Positions 12,301 to 21,240 of a DNA stretch of 64,000 nucleotides are shown here, one piece after another. A model generated the notes under the pieces. It was not told the DNA's origin. It made no database searches and saw nothing but the letters and a program-made list of their open reading frames with translations. Every line of letters starts with the position of its first letter. The first letter of the stretch is position 1. The translations under genes were made by a program, and so were the position numbers. Origin of the DNA: Candidatus Woesearchaeota archaeon (GTDB lineage Archaea; Nanobdellota; Nanobdellia; Woesearchaeales; JABIAG01); contig JABIAG010000001.1 in assembly GCA_018653365.1 (NCBI GenBank), positions 416,001 to 480,000 of the forward strand, written 5' to 3'.

Positions 12301-15223
12301 TTATAACGACTTATACGCATTTACAAATGGACAGGATGCTGTAACAGCAGACACAACTAACCCAACATTCACAGGAATAAGTAATGTAACAGAATACCTA
12401 AATGCAACACTAAACCTAACCATAAATGCAACAGACAATGTAGCAGTAGACAGCTTTAGTGTAAATAACACAGATAACTTCAGCATAAACAGTAGTGGAT
12501 ATTTAACCAACGTTACAAACGTATTCGGAGTCTATTGGTTAAACATAACAGTAAATGATACAGCAGGAAATGAAAATTCAACAATAATTTGGATAAACTA
12601 TACAACAGCAAATGCTGCACCAACCACAACAACCATTCCAAACGTGTCATTCACCTCTGGAGGTTCAACAACAATCAACCTAAGCGCATACTTCACAGAC
12701 CCAAACAATGATGATTTGAATTTTACCAACGCAACTACAGGAACATTTACCAGTACAATAGATCAGGATACAGGAGTTGTAACAATATCATCAAGTACAG
12801 AGGGAACACACTACTCAGTATTTACAGCATCAGATAGCTTGTTAACAACAGATAGTAACAATGTAACCATAACCGTAAGCGCAGCCGGAGGCGGTGGCGG
12901 CGGTGGCGGTGGCGGTGGCGGTGACGAACCTACAGAAGAATGTGGTGATGGAAGTTGTAATGGAGATGAAACCGCATCTAGTTGTCCAAGTGATTGTGAT
13001 GGAACTTGTGATGCTGCCTGGACCTGTAATAGTTGGAGTAGTTGTACTGCGGGAACAAGAACAAGAACCTGTGTAGATTTAGAAGGATGTGGAACAACCG
13101 ATGGAAAACCTGCAGAATCAGAAAGTTGTACTGTAGCACCTCCTCCTTGTGAAGGGGATGATTGTGAAGTATTCAGTCCTGAAGTAATTGAAAGCGTAGT
13201 CACTACTATAAATGAAGCAGACATAGATGGAGTTGAAGGATTCACAACATATACTAAATTTGAAGGCAATAAAACCAACAATACCGAAGTACCTTGTTAC
13301 GAATCACTACAAGAAGTAACACTTAGCCCAACAAGTGAAGAAATAAGCATCCCTCTTGAACAAGGTAGAGAAATAGTAGTAGACCCATTCGAATTAACTT
13401 GTGACGGAGGGGCAGTTGACCTAACTGCAGCAGTACCTTATAATTATGACGACTTCGAAGTTTATGTATGTCGGGGGGGATATTGCGGACCTGTAAAAGC
13501 AGAAAATATATCTGCATTGGTTTGTGAAGATAACTTAGTTCAAGAATATCTAAGAACTGAAGAGATATATCAACCAAATATAGAAACACTAAATCAAACA
13601 TTAGTAGAACAAACACTAACTTTAGAATCTGATTCAATAAGTGTTGGTGATGTAAGTGCAACATTCCACGGCCCTACTGATAATGTATATGTGGCAATAA
13701 AAGGACTTGCTGCAACCATAACCCAACCTGAAAATCCAAGTCTAAAAATTGTTGGCTTACCAACACAAATCAAAATCGCACCTCCAACAGACCTAAACGT
13801 AAGTCTAACACTTCCATACAAGCTAGCAGAGAACATAAATGAGGAAACACTCAAAATAGCAGCATTCAGGGGAAGAAATTGGAGATTATTTGATACTACT
13901 ATAAACAAAGAAACCAAAACAGCAAGTATAGAAGTAGATAATTTAACACAATACTTAAACGAAAACAACGAAGCAACATTTGCAATACTCGGAACAATTT
14001 GTGTAGATTGTTTAAACGCAAGCCTAAAAGAAGTATATGAATATACTGAAAATTCAAGCATAGCAGTAGTACTAGTTCATGGATTTGGAAGTACACCTGC
14101 ATCTTTCCAAGCAATGATCAACGATTTTAGCCTAACAAGACAACCAGTAGACGTATGGACCTTTGGATACCCACACAATAAACACATAGAAGATAATGCC
14201 GAAGAGTTTTCCGAATTAATGAATGTTAATCTAAACGAATATGAACAAATTATCATAGTAGCACACTCTTTGGGAGGGGTAATATCCCAATACGCATTGT
14301 TAGATGCAAAAGAAACAAGAAAACCATACTTGAAAAGTGTTGAAGAATTAGTATTAATGGGCGTACCAAATCAAGGAGTACATTCCTTTGAAAGCTTAAA
14401 CACGTTTGCTGGTGCATTGGCTAATACCAAATCATTAAACACCTTATTTGACTTTAATAGCGTATCAATACAAGATCTAAAGAAAATTAGGGTAATCGAA
14501 CGAGTAAGAGGCGTAAATTACCGAGTTGTAGCTGGAACCAAACCTTACATTTTTCAAGCAGGACCAATAAAAATATCTTCATCACTATTATTTAACTTCA
14601 CTGAAACAAATGACGGACTACTAACAACAACAAACGTAAGAACAATTGGGGGATTCCCTGTAGATAAAATATGTGAAGATTACTGGGAATTATACTTAAC
14701 ACACACAGAATTAAATGACGACCAAAAAGCAAGAATGTTAGTCGGAATGCTGGTTGCAAATGAGGTCGGACTAGATAAAATAGATGTTGGAAGTAAAAGA
14801 TACCTAAAAATCAATATTCCGGATTGTACAACGGGAGATAAAGTATTCGTAAGTGGAACACAAAAATTCGAACAAGCAACATCTAATTACGATATTTGTG
14901 AAGTAGTAGCAAAAGAAATGTTTGCAACTCCTGGAACCTGTGAAGATAGCATACAAAACCAAAACGAAAAAGGAATAGACTGTGGCGGAATTTGTGCACC
15001 TTGCTTTAACTTCAAAGACTTTTACCAAAGTACAAAATTCTTATTGTACTTCATCTTATTGGGAGCAGCAATAATTGGAGGCATGGCAACAGTAAGACAC
15101 TTTGCACCTGCACATTACATAGAAGAAGAACCAATATTTAACTTTAGATTTATGAAAGGATTAGACCATGATGTACAAAAAATAACTGAGGAGATAAACA
15201 AACTAAAAGAAAAACTAAAATAA
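3302..15223 (+). CDS. Giant (3973 aa) membrane-anchored surface glycoprotein: PQQ/BamB-like and other beta-propellers, Ig-like repeats, Gly linker, Cys-rich modules, alpha/beta-hydrolase domain, C-terminal TM
   Basis: N-terminal hydrophobic segment; repeated SSPAVxxGxVYVGS blades; dense NxS/T sequons; HGFGS, AHSLGG, NDG and THTEL hydrolase motifs; hydrophobic helix FLLYFILLGAAIIGG near the C-terminus. Confidence 0.88.
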   Translation: MKDNNLWFHVSVLLVLIIFLVSFGTHLNFVGKTTHILGMFVDGEFQDNVDKWYESNKVYLWSPSYNVNLHGVALSGNVSGTGEVKTYLVHEQEQYLINSFTVDNEVVRFDESCTETCDLGGLESKKYLLRFEIAGDVRYQINSIKYSSSSIIGQEEIVDRFSPTTPVEELVDDLVLELEGTEKAIPEDITVSFKNELGYELSAQKTKRQDGKFDLVFGEEAPAFGAASESPKSKVTVKGLTKSVNAKLGTLEGKNTEVFAMDHVTVDEAIVTLTKTGEVNAIQKCDEFDVTGFSCNSGWYETNLDFTDNGATITFTVNSFSGYAGINSSSQTNSEWIMQGRFLNHTGYYPESLNISSLSNMWTYSTGSSLSEGPAIKDGVAYLPANDQKLHAINLTDGEKIWEVPLVTSSQARPALVNGVLYFGSATGIFYAINITDQSEVWNFSSPNQIRTSAAVVDGKVFFGSTMEEYFALNQTNGEQIWNNSHSVGVGGASSSPGYSDGMIFYGSRGRKFYAVNATNGEQIWNQSGYGYDLASTPLIVRDEVFFGAYLQVYSYNKTNGDLIWNFSKSSNYFLAGLATDQEKIYAGSYDDKLYALNITNGEQVWNFSAGNNIYATATTTPTEVILAANNSVFIINSTTGEQIWNYTIHDTTQAQPAIVDGNLFVASENGDLYAFGTVIDYTPDTTSYNQSSENQSEWWMFGKYLNHTSWDGVSYPTVSGLNRANFTATNNFYSGIAVAEGAVYAGSWDKNVYRFNATNISLTETSFLTGGVIYTSSPVIVEGFVYVGSDDGRIYQLNSSTMVQHANFTTGNQVRSSPAVANGYVYVGSNDHNVYQLNASNVSIQYANFTTGGTVYSSPAVANGYVYIGSADNNVYQLNANNVSIQYANFTTPDQQYSGPAVVDGFVYVGGSDFSETTGHIFKLNASNISIQSSNFTVLNGIFTYSSPTIVEDSIYIGNTDGTIYQINKTTMNQTANFTSGDSIQSAPAVADGFVYVGSNDYNVYQLNSSTLVQYANFTTGGIVFSSPAVANGYVYVGSADDSLYQLLASNISLGNAVAIDSLVNITLTYPTTNINVTQNEWFNVTLNASCIQGNCGESNVSLRNGITYLTYLGETSSDYGTSIVETSDGGFVVTGDTLSYGGVGGDLLLSKFDSSGNELWTKSLGGDSSERGYSVVETSDGGFIVTGHTYSYGGSDYDVLLVKFNSSGAEQWTKSLGGSSSEKGFDVVETSEGDFVVTGSTQSYGDGGDSILLVKFNSSGVEQWTKSLGGNNNDVGRSIVETSDGGFVVTGYTQSYGDGGVDVLLAKFNSSGNELWTKSVGGASVEWGYDVIEISGGFVVTGYTHSYGSSDADVLLIKFDSSGNELWTKYLSGNSDDEGHAVVEASDGGFVVTGRTKSYGGIDIDVLLVKFDSSGNELWTKSLGGGLTDIGESIIETDDKGFVVSGSTSSYGGSSADILLVKFDHLGNVEGLENIVSESAYSSSYSVSAVTNITAESDETVAESDEDVTELDETAVWERVQVGYPLVHVGSNVTLYTNKSNNPSTISLNSGESELVVFYVNATGNNMSTYEIFGIVNLTDSLNINSQTSKINVTILTVVDTILPNVTLSLPVNETNTTDTTIYFAGNASDETALDNVSLMLNGEYNFTNSTGLINGSYNISFTFAQTNATYLWGLEACDTSGNCNTTENRTLWTYYDPQPIAMQSSENETEWWMFGKYLNHTSWDGVSYPTINGLNRANFTSSSNFHAGAAVVNGFVYVGSYDNNVYQLNASNISIQYANFTTGHFVLSSPVAGGGFVYVSGFDNYTYQLNASNISQQVANFTTNYRAFVPVVANGYVYLGSNDHNVYQLNASNISQQVANFTTGHEVWWSPAVANGYVYVGSYDNTVYQLNASNIGQQVANFTGGGAYSSAPVVVDGFVYVGGAKFYQLNASNISIQYANFSTGGSLTSSPAVVDGFVYVGCENNDIYQLNASNISIQYANFTSGDRIYAPSVADGFVYVGSMDDNIYQLNASNISIQYANFTTGNNVYATPAVANGYVYVGSWDDSFYQLLASNISQGNAAAIVDTTLPNVTLEAPINETNTTDTTIYFAGNASDETALDNVSLLLDGEYNYTNSSGLVNGSYNISFTFAQDNVTYLWALESCDTSGNCNTTENFTLYTHYYVEPPTVYNQSSENATEWWMFGKFLNHTSWDGVSYPTVSGLNRANFTTGNFVYSSPAVANGFVYIGSYDNNVYQLNASNLSIQYANFTTGGLTSSSPAVVNGFVYVGSRDDTLYQLNVSNISQQIANFTTGGDIDSSPVVADGFVYVGSDDNNLYQLNASNVSIQYANFTISQDVSSIPAVANGFVYVGGVDSYVYQLNASNISQQFANFSTSGIVLSSPAVADGFVYIGSFDDKTVYQLNASNISIQYATFITGGTVKSSPVVADGFVYIGSYDNNTYQLNASNISIQYANFTTGDDIHSSPTVANGFVYVGSYDNNLYQLNASNVSIQYANFSIGLDVFSSPAVANGYVYLGIGYGVYQLLASNISQGNAAAIVDSTLPNATLEAPVNETNTTSTVVYFAGNASDETALANVSLLLDGAYNFSNSSGLVNGSYNISFTFAQDNATYLWGLEACDTGGNCNTTDNYTLITYYEVVPLVSGANSSSQNTSEWRMLGRYLNHTGYYPAEVNMSGFGQLWNFSAGTDFVYATPTIANGMVYASTGSTQGRYTYALNKTTGSIIWNFTREENDFAYSSPAIADGKAFFGSDSAVFFAVNDTTGLQLWNYTFGSTQYIRASPTVANGLVYLATIDGGAGDGTFYALNSTNGSIVWFKAGGESQNSPTVADGLVYNVDEKILYAYNATDGTQEWSFNLRANSQTLQGGPPVSKGMLYLTTILDNYTYALNASTGTQIWNFSMLERTAKYPAIANDILYVTTNNNRTYALNATNGTQIWNYTTNGGLGAATVSEGVVFVGSADKSLYALNATTGVYIWESTHSQSTITAASIADEIVYYGSYNDLYAFTNGQDAVTADTTNPTFTGISNVTEYLNATLNLTINATDNVAVDSFSVNNTDNFSINSSGYLTNVTNVFGVYWLNITVNDTAGNENSTIIWINYTTANAAPTTTTIPNVSFTSGGSTTINLSAYFTDPNNDDLNFTNATTGTFTSTIDQDTGVVTISSSTEGTHYSVFTASDSLLTTDSNNVTITVSAAGGGGGGGGGGGGDEPTEECGDGSCNGDETASSCPSDCDGTCDAAWTCNSWSSCTAGTRTRTCVDLEGCGTTDGKPAESESCTVAPPPCEGDDCEVFSPEVIESVVTTINEADIDGVEGFTTYTKFEGNKTNNTEVPCYESLQEVTLSPTSEEISIPLEQGREIVVDPFELTCDGGAVDLTAAVPYNYDDFEVYVCRGGYCGPVKAENISALVCEDNLVQEYLRTEEIYQPNIETLNQTLVEQTLTLESDSISVGDVSATFHGPTDNVYVAIKGLAATITQPENPSLKIVGLPTQIKIAPPTDLNVSLTLPYKLAENINEETLKIAAFRGRNWRLFDTTINKETKTASIEVDNLTQYLNENNEATFAILGTICVDCLNASLKEVYEYTENSSIAVVLVHGFGSTPASFQAMINDFSLTRQPVDVWTFGYPHNKHIEDNAEEFSELMNVNLNEYEQIIIVAHSLGGVISQYALLDAKETRKPYLKSVEELVLMGVPNQGVHSFESLNTFAGALANTKSLNTLFDFNSVSIQDLKKIRVIERVRGVNYRVVAGTKPYIFQAGPIKISSSLLFNFTETNDGLLTTTNVRTIGGFPVDKICEDYWELYLTHTELNDDQKARMLVGMLVANEVGLDKIDVGSKRYLKINIPDCTTGDKVFVSGTQKFEQATSNYDICEVVAKEMFATPGTCEDSIQNQNEKGIDCGGICAPCFNFKDFYQSTKFLLYFILLGAAIIGGMATVRHFAPAHYIEEEPIFNFRFMKGLDHDVQKITEEINKLKEKLK
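8101..11210 (+). repeat. Intragenic tandem repeat, about 1.4 kb period (Ig-like domain + beta-propeller), with about 120-nt blade repeats inside
   Basis: Ig unit VDTxLPNxTL...CDTxGNCNTT starts near 8101, 9502 and 10921. About 65 nt are identical between roughly 8160-8224 and 9561-9625. The propeller header EWWMFGK occurs near 5393, 8438 and 9845. Confidence 0.85.
12886..12922 (+). repeat. GGCGGT-type microsatellite encoding a poly-Gly linker
   Basis: ggaggcggtggcggcggtggcggtggcggtggcggt. Confidence 0.8.
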
Positions 15224-15331
15224 TCACCCTTTTTTGAGGGGGGTGTTATGCCAGGAATTAACTTCCCTAAGCTTAACCCGTAAGCAAAAGTGGTTTTTGG
15301 CATTTCATCTCTCCATTTCATACTAACAAAA

Positions 15332-16816
15332 ATGAAAAACAACCTGACAATATATGTAAGCATACTTATTTTATTAGTTACACTCTCATTATTTTCAAGC
15401 AATTTCGTTGATTTAACCGGACATGTAGTTGGAGATCTAATATTAAAAGAAAAAGCGTTTGAGGTAAACCAACACTTTTCTGAAACCGGAGTTTACCTTT
15501 GGAGTCCGGGGCAAAATGTTTCAGTAAAAGATTTAACCGTGGAGGGTGAAATTTACGGAACTGGAAATGTTGAGGTAAGCCTAATAAAAGGTGGACAAAA
15601 AGTAACATTACTTAAAAGATCAACATCAAAAGAAGCCGTAGCAGTAGAAGAATATGTTGAGCTTCCAGAAGGAACCGATATTGGGTTAACACTACAATAC
15701 GGAACTGGAGATTGGGATTCAGACAATGATGGAATATCCTCATTAACTGATGGAATAGACTTTGAACTTAACCCTCTATTTTTCCTTGATATGGACAAGA
15801 GATCCCTTTGTACACTCTGGGAAGTATATAGTTTAGAAAAAGCAGATTATACATCCTCTTGCTATGGTGCAACAAGTTGTTGTAACTTTTTAGGACCTAG
15901 CTCATCATCATATGGGTGGAACGACGATTTCGTAGTAGTAAGTGGCAATCCTGGAGTAACAACGAATAATATTGTCTTGGCAAGGCTAGTTTTCTATAAT
16001 GGCACTCAAGTCTCATATAGTAATTATGACGGACTTTTAGCAAAGTTTGTAAAACAAGAAATAATAAATAATTTTAATGAAAGTGGCGAGGACATATTTG
16101 AATCAAAAAACTATTTGATAAAAGTTGAACTAGCAGAAGACACATTCTTTGATTTTAAAACAATAAAATACAAAGTAGAAGAAATAGAAGAACAGATTGA
16201 TGAAGGCGTGATAATGGCAGAAGAATCAGAATCAATTATAATTCCTGAAGTAGAATCAACCCCCTCTGGTTATAAAATATTAAAAGAAGAACCCGAAGAT
16301 TACTTTGAAGTAACTTTAGATAAAAGTTATTTGGGAGGATTGCGAATAAATACAAAAGACTTGTTAATGTTAGATTTAGAAATCGAACTAGACTTAACAG
16401 ATTCATACCAAAAAATAACGTTTATAACCGACGAATCTTTAAGTGCAATAGCTAACCTTAAAATGCCTTTGAACAGGATTGAGGGAAGAAACTTAATCCT
16501 AAACGATGGAAAAACAGAAGCAACATATTTAAGAAGTGATGACAAAAACGCATATTACCGAGCCAACATCGAATTAAACAACTTAAATATTGTACTCTTA
16601 GATAAATTAGAAGAACTAGCACCTGAAAAACAAAAAAATAAAGACTGGTCAGTATACCTTTATTTTATTATTTCATTAGGTGCAGCAGTATGTATTTACT
16701 TCTTTGCAGGAGCAGGACAAGACCTAAAAGATTGGGCAGACATACACTTCAAAAGTTTAGCATTTAAACGAGACATAAAGAAAATAAGAAAATTAAGAAA
16801 AAAGTTTGAACAATAA
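15332..16816 (+). CDS. Membrane-anchored surface protein; N-terminal domain paralogous to that of the giant protein
   Basis: Signal/TM followed by LTGHVV and GVYLWSP...V.G.I.GTG.V, matching the giant protein's VYLWSP...LSGNVSGTGEV. C-terminal TM with basic tail. Start taken at MKNNL. Confidence 0.75.
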   Translation: MKNNLTIYVSILILLVTLSLFSSNFVDLTGHVVGDLILKEKAFEVNQHFSETGVYLWSPGQNVSVKDLTVEGEIYGTGNVEVSLIKGGQKVTLLKRSTSKEAVAVEEYVELPEGTDIGLTLQYGTGDWDSDNDGISSLTDGIDFELNPLFFLDMDKRSLCTLWEVYSLEKADYTSSCYGATSCCNFLGPSSSSYGWNDDFVVVSGNPGVTTNNIVLARLVFYNGTQVSYSNYDGLLAKFVKQEIINNFNESGEDIFESKNYLIKVELAEDTFFDFKTIKYKVEEIEEQIDEGVIMAEESESIIIPEVESTPSGYKILKEEPEDYFEVTLDKSYLGGLRINTKDLLMLDLEIELDLTDSYQKITFITDESLSAIANLKMPLNRIEGRNLILNDGKTEATYLRSDDKNAYYRANIELNNLNIVLLDKLEELAPEKQKNKDWSVYLYFIISLGAAVCIYFFAGAGQDLKDWADIHFKSLAFKRDIKKIRKLRKKFEQ

Positions 16817-16881
16817 GTTTCTGAGGGAGTTTAACAAAGTAGAATATAAATCTTTAAATACCTCTTTTTTGTAATAATTCC

Positions 16882-18369
16882 ATGGTAAAAGGACAAATTA
16901 TCAGTGGAAGTTTTGAAAACATAATTGCTAGACAAAAATCTGAAGAAGAATTTGAAATCGGTGAATTGCTTGTAGCAGAAAACAAAAATAATAAAGTGTT
17001 ATTACAAGTAACAGATTTAAGCTTTGGAAGCCAAATATCCCAATCCAATCTTGAACTTATTTCTGGAATGAATCTAGAACAAGGACTAAATACTGAGTTC
17101 ATGGATCCAGAGTTAAGATTATATAATTTGGCAGTATTGAAAAGTTTATTAACACTAAAAGACACGCCTAAATCAGCAAAAATAATGCCTGGTTTTTTCT
17201 CAGAGGTACGAGAGGTAAAAAAAGAAGACTTAAACTTTGTAACCCCCGCGAAACCACTATTTGTTGGGAACTTACGTTCAGGAAGTAAAATCTTGGATGT
17301 TCCTATTGCATTAAAAGGAGAAGATGTGTTAAGCCATCACGTTTTAATACCTGCAACAACCGGGAGAGGAAAATCAAACCTAACTTCAGTAATTTTATGG
17401 AATATAATCACCGAAGGATATGCAGGAATGTTAGTTCTAGACCCTCATGATGAATACTATGAACGACTAAAATCACACCCAAAAAAGGAACGAATCAAAT
17501 ATTATTCCCCATCTAATGTGCCCTCTGGAGAACGAACTCTTAAAATCAACGCAAAACTAGTAAAACCACAACACTTTGAGGGAGTAATTGAATGGAGCAC
17601 CCCCCAAAAAGAGTGCTTGTCCCTTGCCTACAAAAAATACGGGGAAGAATGGATAAAAGAGGTAGTTAACTTAGATAGCTTAGAAAACGTCAACGAAGCA
17701 ACACTAGCAGTAGTAAAAAGAAGAATAACAGACTTACTGAACATAGTTAATGGAACGTGTACAGGCATATTTGACATGCAAGCAGGTGAGACAACAATAA
17801 AAGACATCACAAAAGAACTAGAACAGGGCAAAACAGTAATTATTAATACCTCTTCCTGTTCAGGAAGACAAGAAATACTTGTTGGGTCACTAATAACAAC
17901 CGAAATATTCAACAAATATAAACATTATAAAATCTCTGGCGAACTTAAAGAAAAACCGGTTGTCTCAATTGTTTTAGAAGAAGCACCAAGAGTACTGGGA
18001 AAAGAGGTCTTAGAAAAAGGCTCGAACATATTCTCAACAATAGCCCGAGAGGGAAGAAAATTTAAAGTGGGTCTAATAGCCATAACACAATTACCCTCAC
18101 TCATTCCACGTACAGTTCTAGCTAATATGAATACAAAAATAATTCTGGGAATAGAAATGGGGCCTGAAAGAAGCGCAATAATCGATTCCTCGGCACAAGA
18201 CCTAAGTTCAGACGGTCGTAATATAGCCTCACTTGATAAAGGCGAGGCAATAATCACATCTAACTTTGTACCCTTCGCAATACCAGTTAAAATACCTCTT
18301 TTTTCCTCATTTATTAAAACAGATGAAATTAAGGAAAAAAAAGACTTTTCTGGCGTGCATTTAGGTTAG
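16882..18369 (+). CDS. herA: HerA-like (DUF87) ATPase/DNA translocase
   Basis: HAS-barrel-like N-terminus, [38 protein letters not shown]. Confidence 0.85.
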   Translation: MVKGQIISGSFENIIARQKSEEEFEIGELLVAENKNNKVLLQVTDLSFGSQISQSNLELISGMNLEQGLNTEFMDPELRLYNLAVLKSLLTLKDTPKSAKIMPGFFSEVREVKKEDLNFVTPAKPLFVGNLRSGSKILDVPIALKGEDVLSHHVLIPATTGRGKSNLTSVILWNIITEGYAGMLVLDPHDEYYERLKSHPKKERIKYYSPSNVPSGERTLKINAKLVKPQHFEGVIEWSTPQKECLSLAYKKYGEEWIKEVVNLDSLENVNEATLAVVKRRITDLLNIVNGTCTGIFDMQAGETTIKDITKELEQGKTVIINTSSCSGRQEILVGSLITTEIFNKYKHYKISGELKEKPVVSIVLEEAPRVLGKEVLEKGSNIFSTIAREGRKFKVGLIAITQLPSLIPRTVLANMNTKIILGIEMGPERSAIIDSSAQDLSSDGRNIASLDKGEAIITSNFVPFAIPVKIPLFSSFIKTDEIKEKKDFSGVHLG

Positions 18370-18446
18370 CTTTTTAAATAAAAGTTCCTTTCTTAACGAC
18401 GATAAAACATAAAAGAAAAGCTTTTTAAATATATACTAAGAAGCTT

Positions 18447-19499
18447 ATGTTGCACAAGATGGAATATGAGATAATCGTGGGGGTTAGCACAAGAGATTGT
18501 GAAAAAACCATTTCTAACGTAGTTAAAACCATAGATCAAGCTCTAACCAAACACTTTTCAAGATATCCTGCATTAATCCTTTGTTCTGACGGGTTTTCAA
18601 GCGATAAAACCAAACAAAAATTCAATGAAACTAAAACAATAACCGAAAAAAAGTTTGTAACAGAAAAAGGAAAAAGAGGAAAGGGTTCAGCTGTAAAAAC
18701 AATCCTACAAAAAGCAGTAATGCACAGTTCTGAGGCAGTATTATTAATAGATGGAGACTTTATCAGTTTAAAAGAAAATTGGATAAAAGACATGCTTAAC
18801 GCAGTTTTAAAGAAGAAGTATGATGTGGTAATACCAAATTATGTACGAGATAAGAATGATTGTCTAATAACAAATCACCTAATACACCCCTTATTTAACG
18901 CATTATTCGATTCAAGTCTAAGAAGTCCTGCACCTGGAGAGTTTTGCTTATCACCGGTAGCATATAAACAATTATTACAAAGTAGGTTTTTCCCAACAGA
19001 CTTTGGAATAGACGTATTTATTACAATAACTGCACTATGTGAAACCCTAAACGTGATAGAACTAAAATTAGGGGTTAAAGAGCACGCATCTTCTGCACAT
19101 TACTCAAAACCTGATGAAAGTGTCATGCCTATGTTTAATCAAATTCTAAAAGAATTCATTCAATTAGTCAGGTATTACAAATCAATAATAAAAAGAGAGG
19201 TAAAACTAAAATTCACTAAAAGTGGAAGTTTTGAAAAGAAAAAACCCTCAAGAATCACAATTAATGAAAAATCATATGCTGAACTAAGTAGGGATCTAAT
19301 AATTAATTCTCAAGAATATGCAGAGAAAATTTACGAATCATTAAATGACCAGTCAATAATGGGCCTGAAAGTAGCCTGGCTAAACTGGCTAACAATCTAC
19401 TTTGAAATAACACGAAACTATTCTAACGAACGAGCAGAAAAGGAAATACAAAAATTAGTAAAAGTATTTGAAAAGAATAAAGAAATGTTAAAATTATAA
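18447..19499 (+). CDS. GT-A (family 2-like) glycosyltransferase, glucosyl/mannosyl-glycerate synthase-like
   Basis: SDGFSSDKT, GKGSA, IDGD and FGIDVFIT motifs. Confidence 0.75.
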   Translation: MLHKMEYEIIVGVSTRDCEKTISNVVKTIDQALTKHFSRYPALILCSDGFSSDKTKQKFNETKTITEKKFVTEKGKRGKGSAVKTILQKAVMHSSEAVLLIDGDFISLKENWIKDMLNAVLKKKYDVVIPNYVRDKNDCLITNHLIHPLFNALFDSSLRSPAPGEFCLSPVAYKQLLQSRFFPTDFGIDVFITITALCETLNVIELKLGVKEHASSAHYSKPDESVMPMFNQILKEFIQLVRYYKSIIKREVKLKFTKSGSFEKKKPSRITINEKSYAELSRDLIINSQEYAEKIYESLNDQSIMGLKVAWLNWLTIYFEITRNYSNERAEKEIQKLVKVFEKNKEMLKL

Positions 19500-19530
19500 T
19501 TCTATAATAAAAAAAGAAAAAAAATAAAAG

Positions 19531-19755
19531 CTATTTAGCTTTCTTAAGTTCAACTTCGCCACTAGGGTGCGGACGTTTAACCGTAATTGGAATAACACCT
19601 GCTTCAAATTCAGTCATGGCAATCTTAATCGGATTAAATCCCATAGACTTAATGTCTTCAGGCGTTAACTTAATTAAAATTGGTGCACCCATGGAAATTT
19701 GTAATGCACGACTACCAACAATCCTAGCTTTTTCGAATTTAGTGTATGCTTCCAT
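19531..19755 (-). CDS. rpoK: DNA-directed RNA polymerase subunit K (Rpo6)
   Basis: [22 protein letters not shown] signature. Confidence 0.97.
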   Translation of the reverse strand: MEAYTKFEKARIVGSRALQISMGAPILIKLTPEDIKSMGFNPIKIAMTEFEAGVIPITVKRPHPSGEVELKKAK

Positions 19756-19756
19756 T

Positions 19757-20536
19757 TTATAACCTCTTTCTTAACTCTGCAGCTTTTTTCAAAGACAAAG
19801 TAAGCATTTGATCAATTTCCTCTTCAGATAATGCTCTTTCACCACCTTTTTGTAAAGCACAAATGGTTTTATCATCTAGTGCCGCAGCAGTAATTCTAGC
19901 ATCTGAGCTTTGCTCTTCTTCAACTGAGGGATCAACAAGTATTTGATCACCAATTAAATGAGCAGTAACAGAAATAGGTTCTTTAACTAAAGGTAAACTA
20001 TCTTTAGTTTTTTCCTTATAGTCAATACTACCATCTTTCTTTACTTTTGGAAATTTAGTTGCTTTAAGAGCAGCTAGGGCAGCTAGAGCAGCAGCATCCA
20101 TTAAATTACCACCATCATTGATAGTAATAACATCAATACCTACACTCCACGCTTTTTCACCAGCTTCAATACACAACTTCTTAACATCAATAGCTCCACT
20201 CTCTCTAATTCCTCTATCAACAACTCTTGCAAGTTCAATAGAAGCAATAGATGGAGGACCAGATTCAAATTCTGGACTAGCCATAGGCATAAACTCAGCA
20301 TTAACCATTAACATACCTGAATCAGGGGTGTCAGGGTAAGGTTTTTCAAGACCTAACTTAACACCTGCAAGAACTATGGTATCACCAATAGTAACACGAG
20401 CACTACCTTCTGCAGAAGGGGCAACATCATATTCAACATTAACCTCTCTGAAGTCATCATTTTTTCTACCATCAAATCGTACTCCTTTTTTCAAAGAGTC
20501 GATGATGTGTTGTTTCATTTCTTGATTAAGTATCAT
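19757..20536 (-). CDS. rrp42: Exosome complex component Rrp42
   Basis: RFDGR, AEGSARV, FESGPP and [13 protein letters not shown] motifs; operon context. Confidence 0.96.
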   Translation of the reverse strand: MILNQEMKQHIIDSLKKGVRFDGRKNDDFREVNVEYDVAPSAEGSARVTIGDTIVLAGVKLGLEKPYPDTPDSGMLMVNAEFMPMASPEFESGPPSIASIELARVVDRGIRESGAIDVKKLCIEAGEKAWSVGIDVITINDGGNLMDAAALAALAALKATKFPKVKKDGSIDYKEKTKDSLPLVKEPISVTAHLIGDQILVDPSVEEEQSSDARITAAALDDKTICALQKGGERALSEEEIDQMLTLSLKKAAELRKRL

Positions 20537-21240
20537 TTTTGCACCTCGTACTTATCCTTAAGGGCTTTTTTCTGTACCTCGTTGATTTTAGCACAAGCAA
20601 TTTTAGCTTTTTTCAACAATTCCATCATTTGATCTTTATCAACTTCCCCATCCATTTGGAGTAAAGAAATTTTGTTAGATCTAGAAGTTACTGCAATTGG
20701 AACATCTGCAACAGGCCCATCTTCATAAGCCTCTTCAGCATAATCCAAATCAACAACTAATTTATCGTCAACTCTTCCAACTGCAACAGCAGCAACAAGT
20801 TCCTTCATAGGAATACCTGCATCAGCTAAAGCAATAGCTGCAGCACTAATTCCTGCACATCTTGTTCCAGCATCTGCTTGTGGAATGTCAATAAAAACAT
20901 CAATTACTGAATTTGGAAATTCTTCAAGAAGCATAACTTCACTTAATGATTTTTCTGTAACCATGCTAATTTCTTTCGCTCTCCTATTTGGGCCAGGTCT
21001 AATCCTGTCACCAACACCAGAAAAAGGCATCATTTGGTAATAAATACGCAAAATACCTTTCTTTGGATTTTTAAGGAATCTAGGAAATAATTCTCTAGGA
21101 CCTCTAACAGTTGCAAAAGCAACAGTTTTACCAATTTTAAACATTGCAGAACCATCTGCACTTTTGATAACACCTGCTTTAGCTTCCATAGGTCTTAAAT
21201 CGTCAAAATCTCTTCCATCTGGTCGTTTTTTGAAACTCAT
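20533..21240 (-). CDS. rrp41: Exosome complex exonuclease Rrp41
   Basis: RPDGR, ADGSA, RGPRE, QADAGTR, ALADAGIPM. A GAGGTG ribosome-binding site precedes the ATG at 21240. Confidence 0.96.
   Translation of the reverse strand: MSFKKRPDGRDFDDLRPMEAKAGVIKSADGSAMFKIGKTVAFATVRGPRELFPRFLKNPKKGILRIYYQMMPFSGVGDRIRPGPNRRAKEISMVTEKSLSEVMLLEEFPNSVIDVFIDIPQADAGTRCAGISAAAIALADAGIPMKELVAAVAVGRVDDKLVVDLDYAEEAYEDGPVADVPIAVTSRSNKISLLQMDGEVDKDQMMELLKKAKIACAKINEVQKKALKDKYEVQK

Noticed and set aside
15225-15245. CACCCT...GGGGTG hairpin after the giant gene as a terminator or ncRNA
   Set aside because: A plausible stem, but it has no downstream U-tract or other support; too weak to call.
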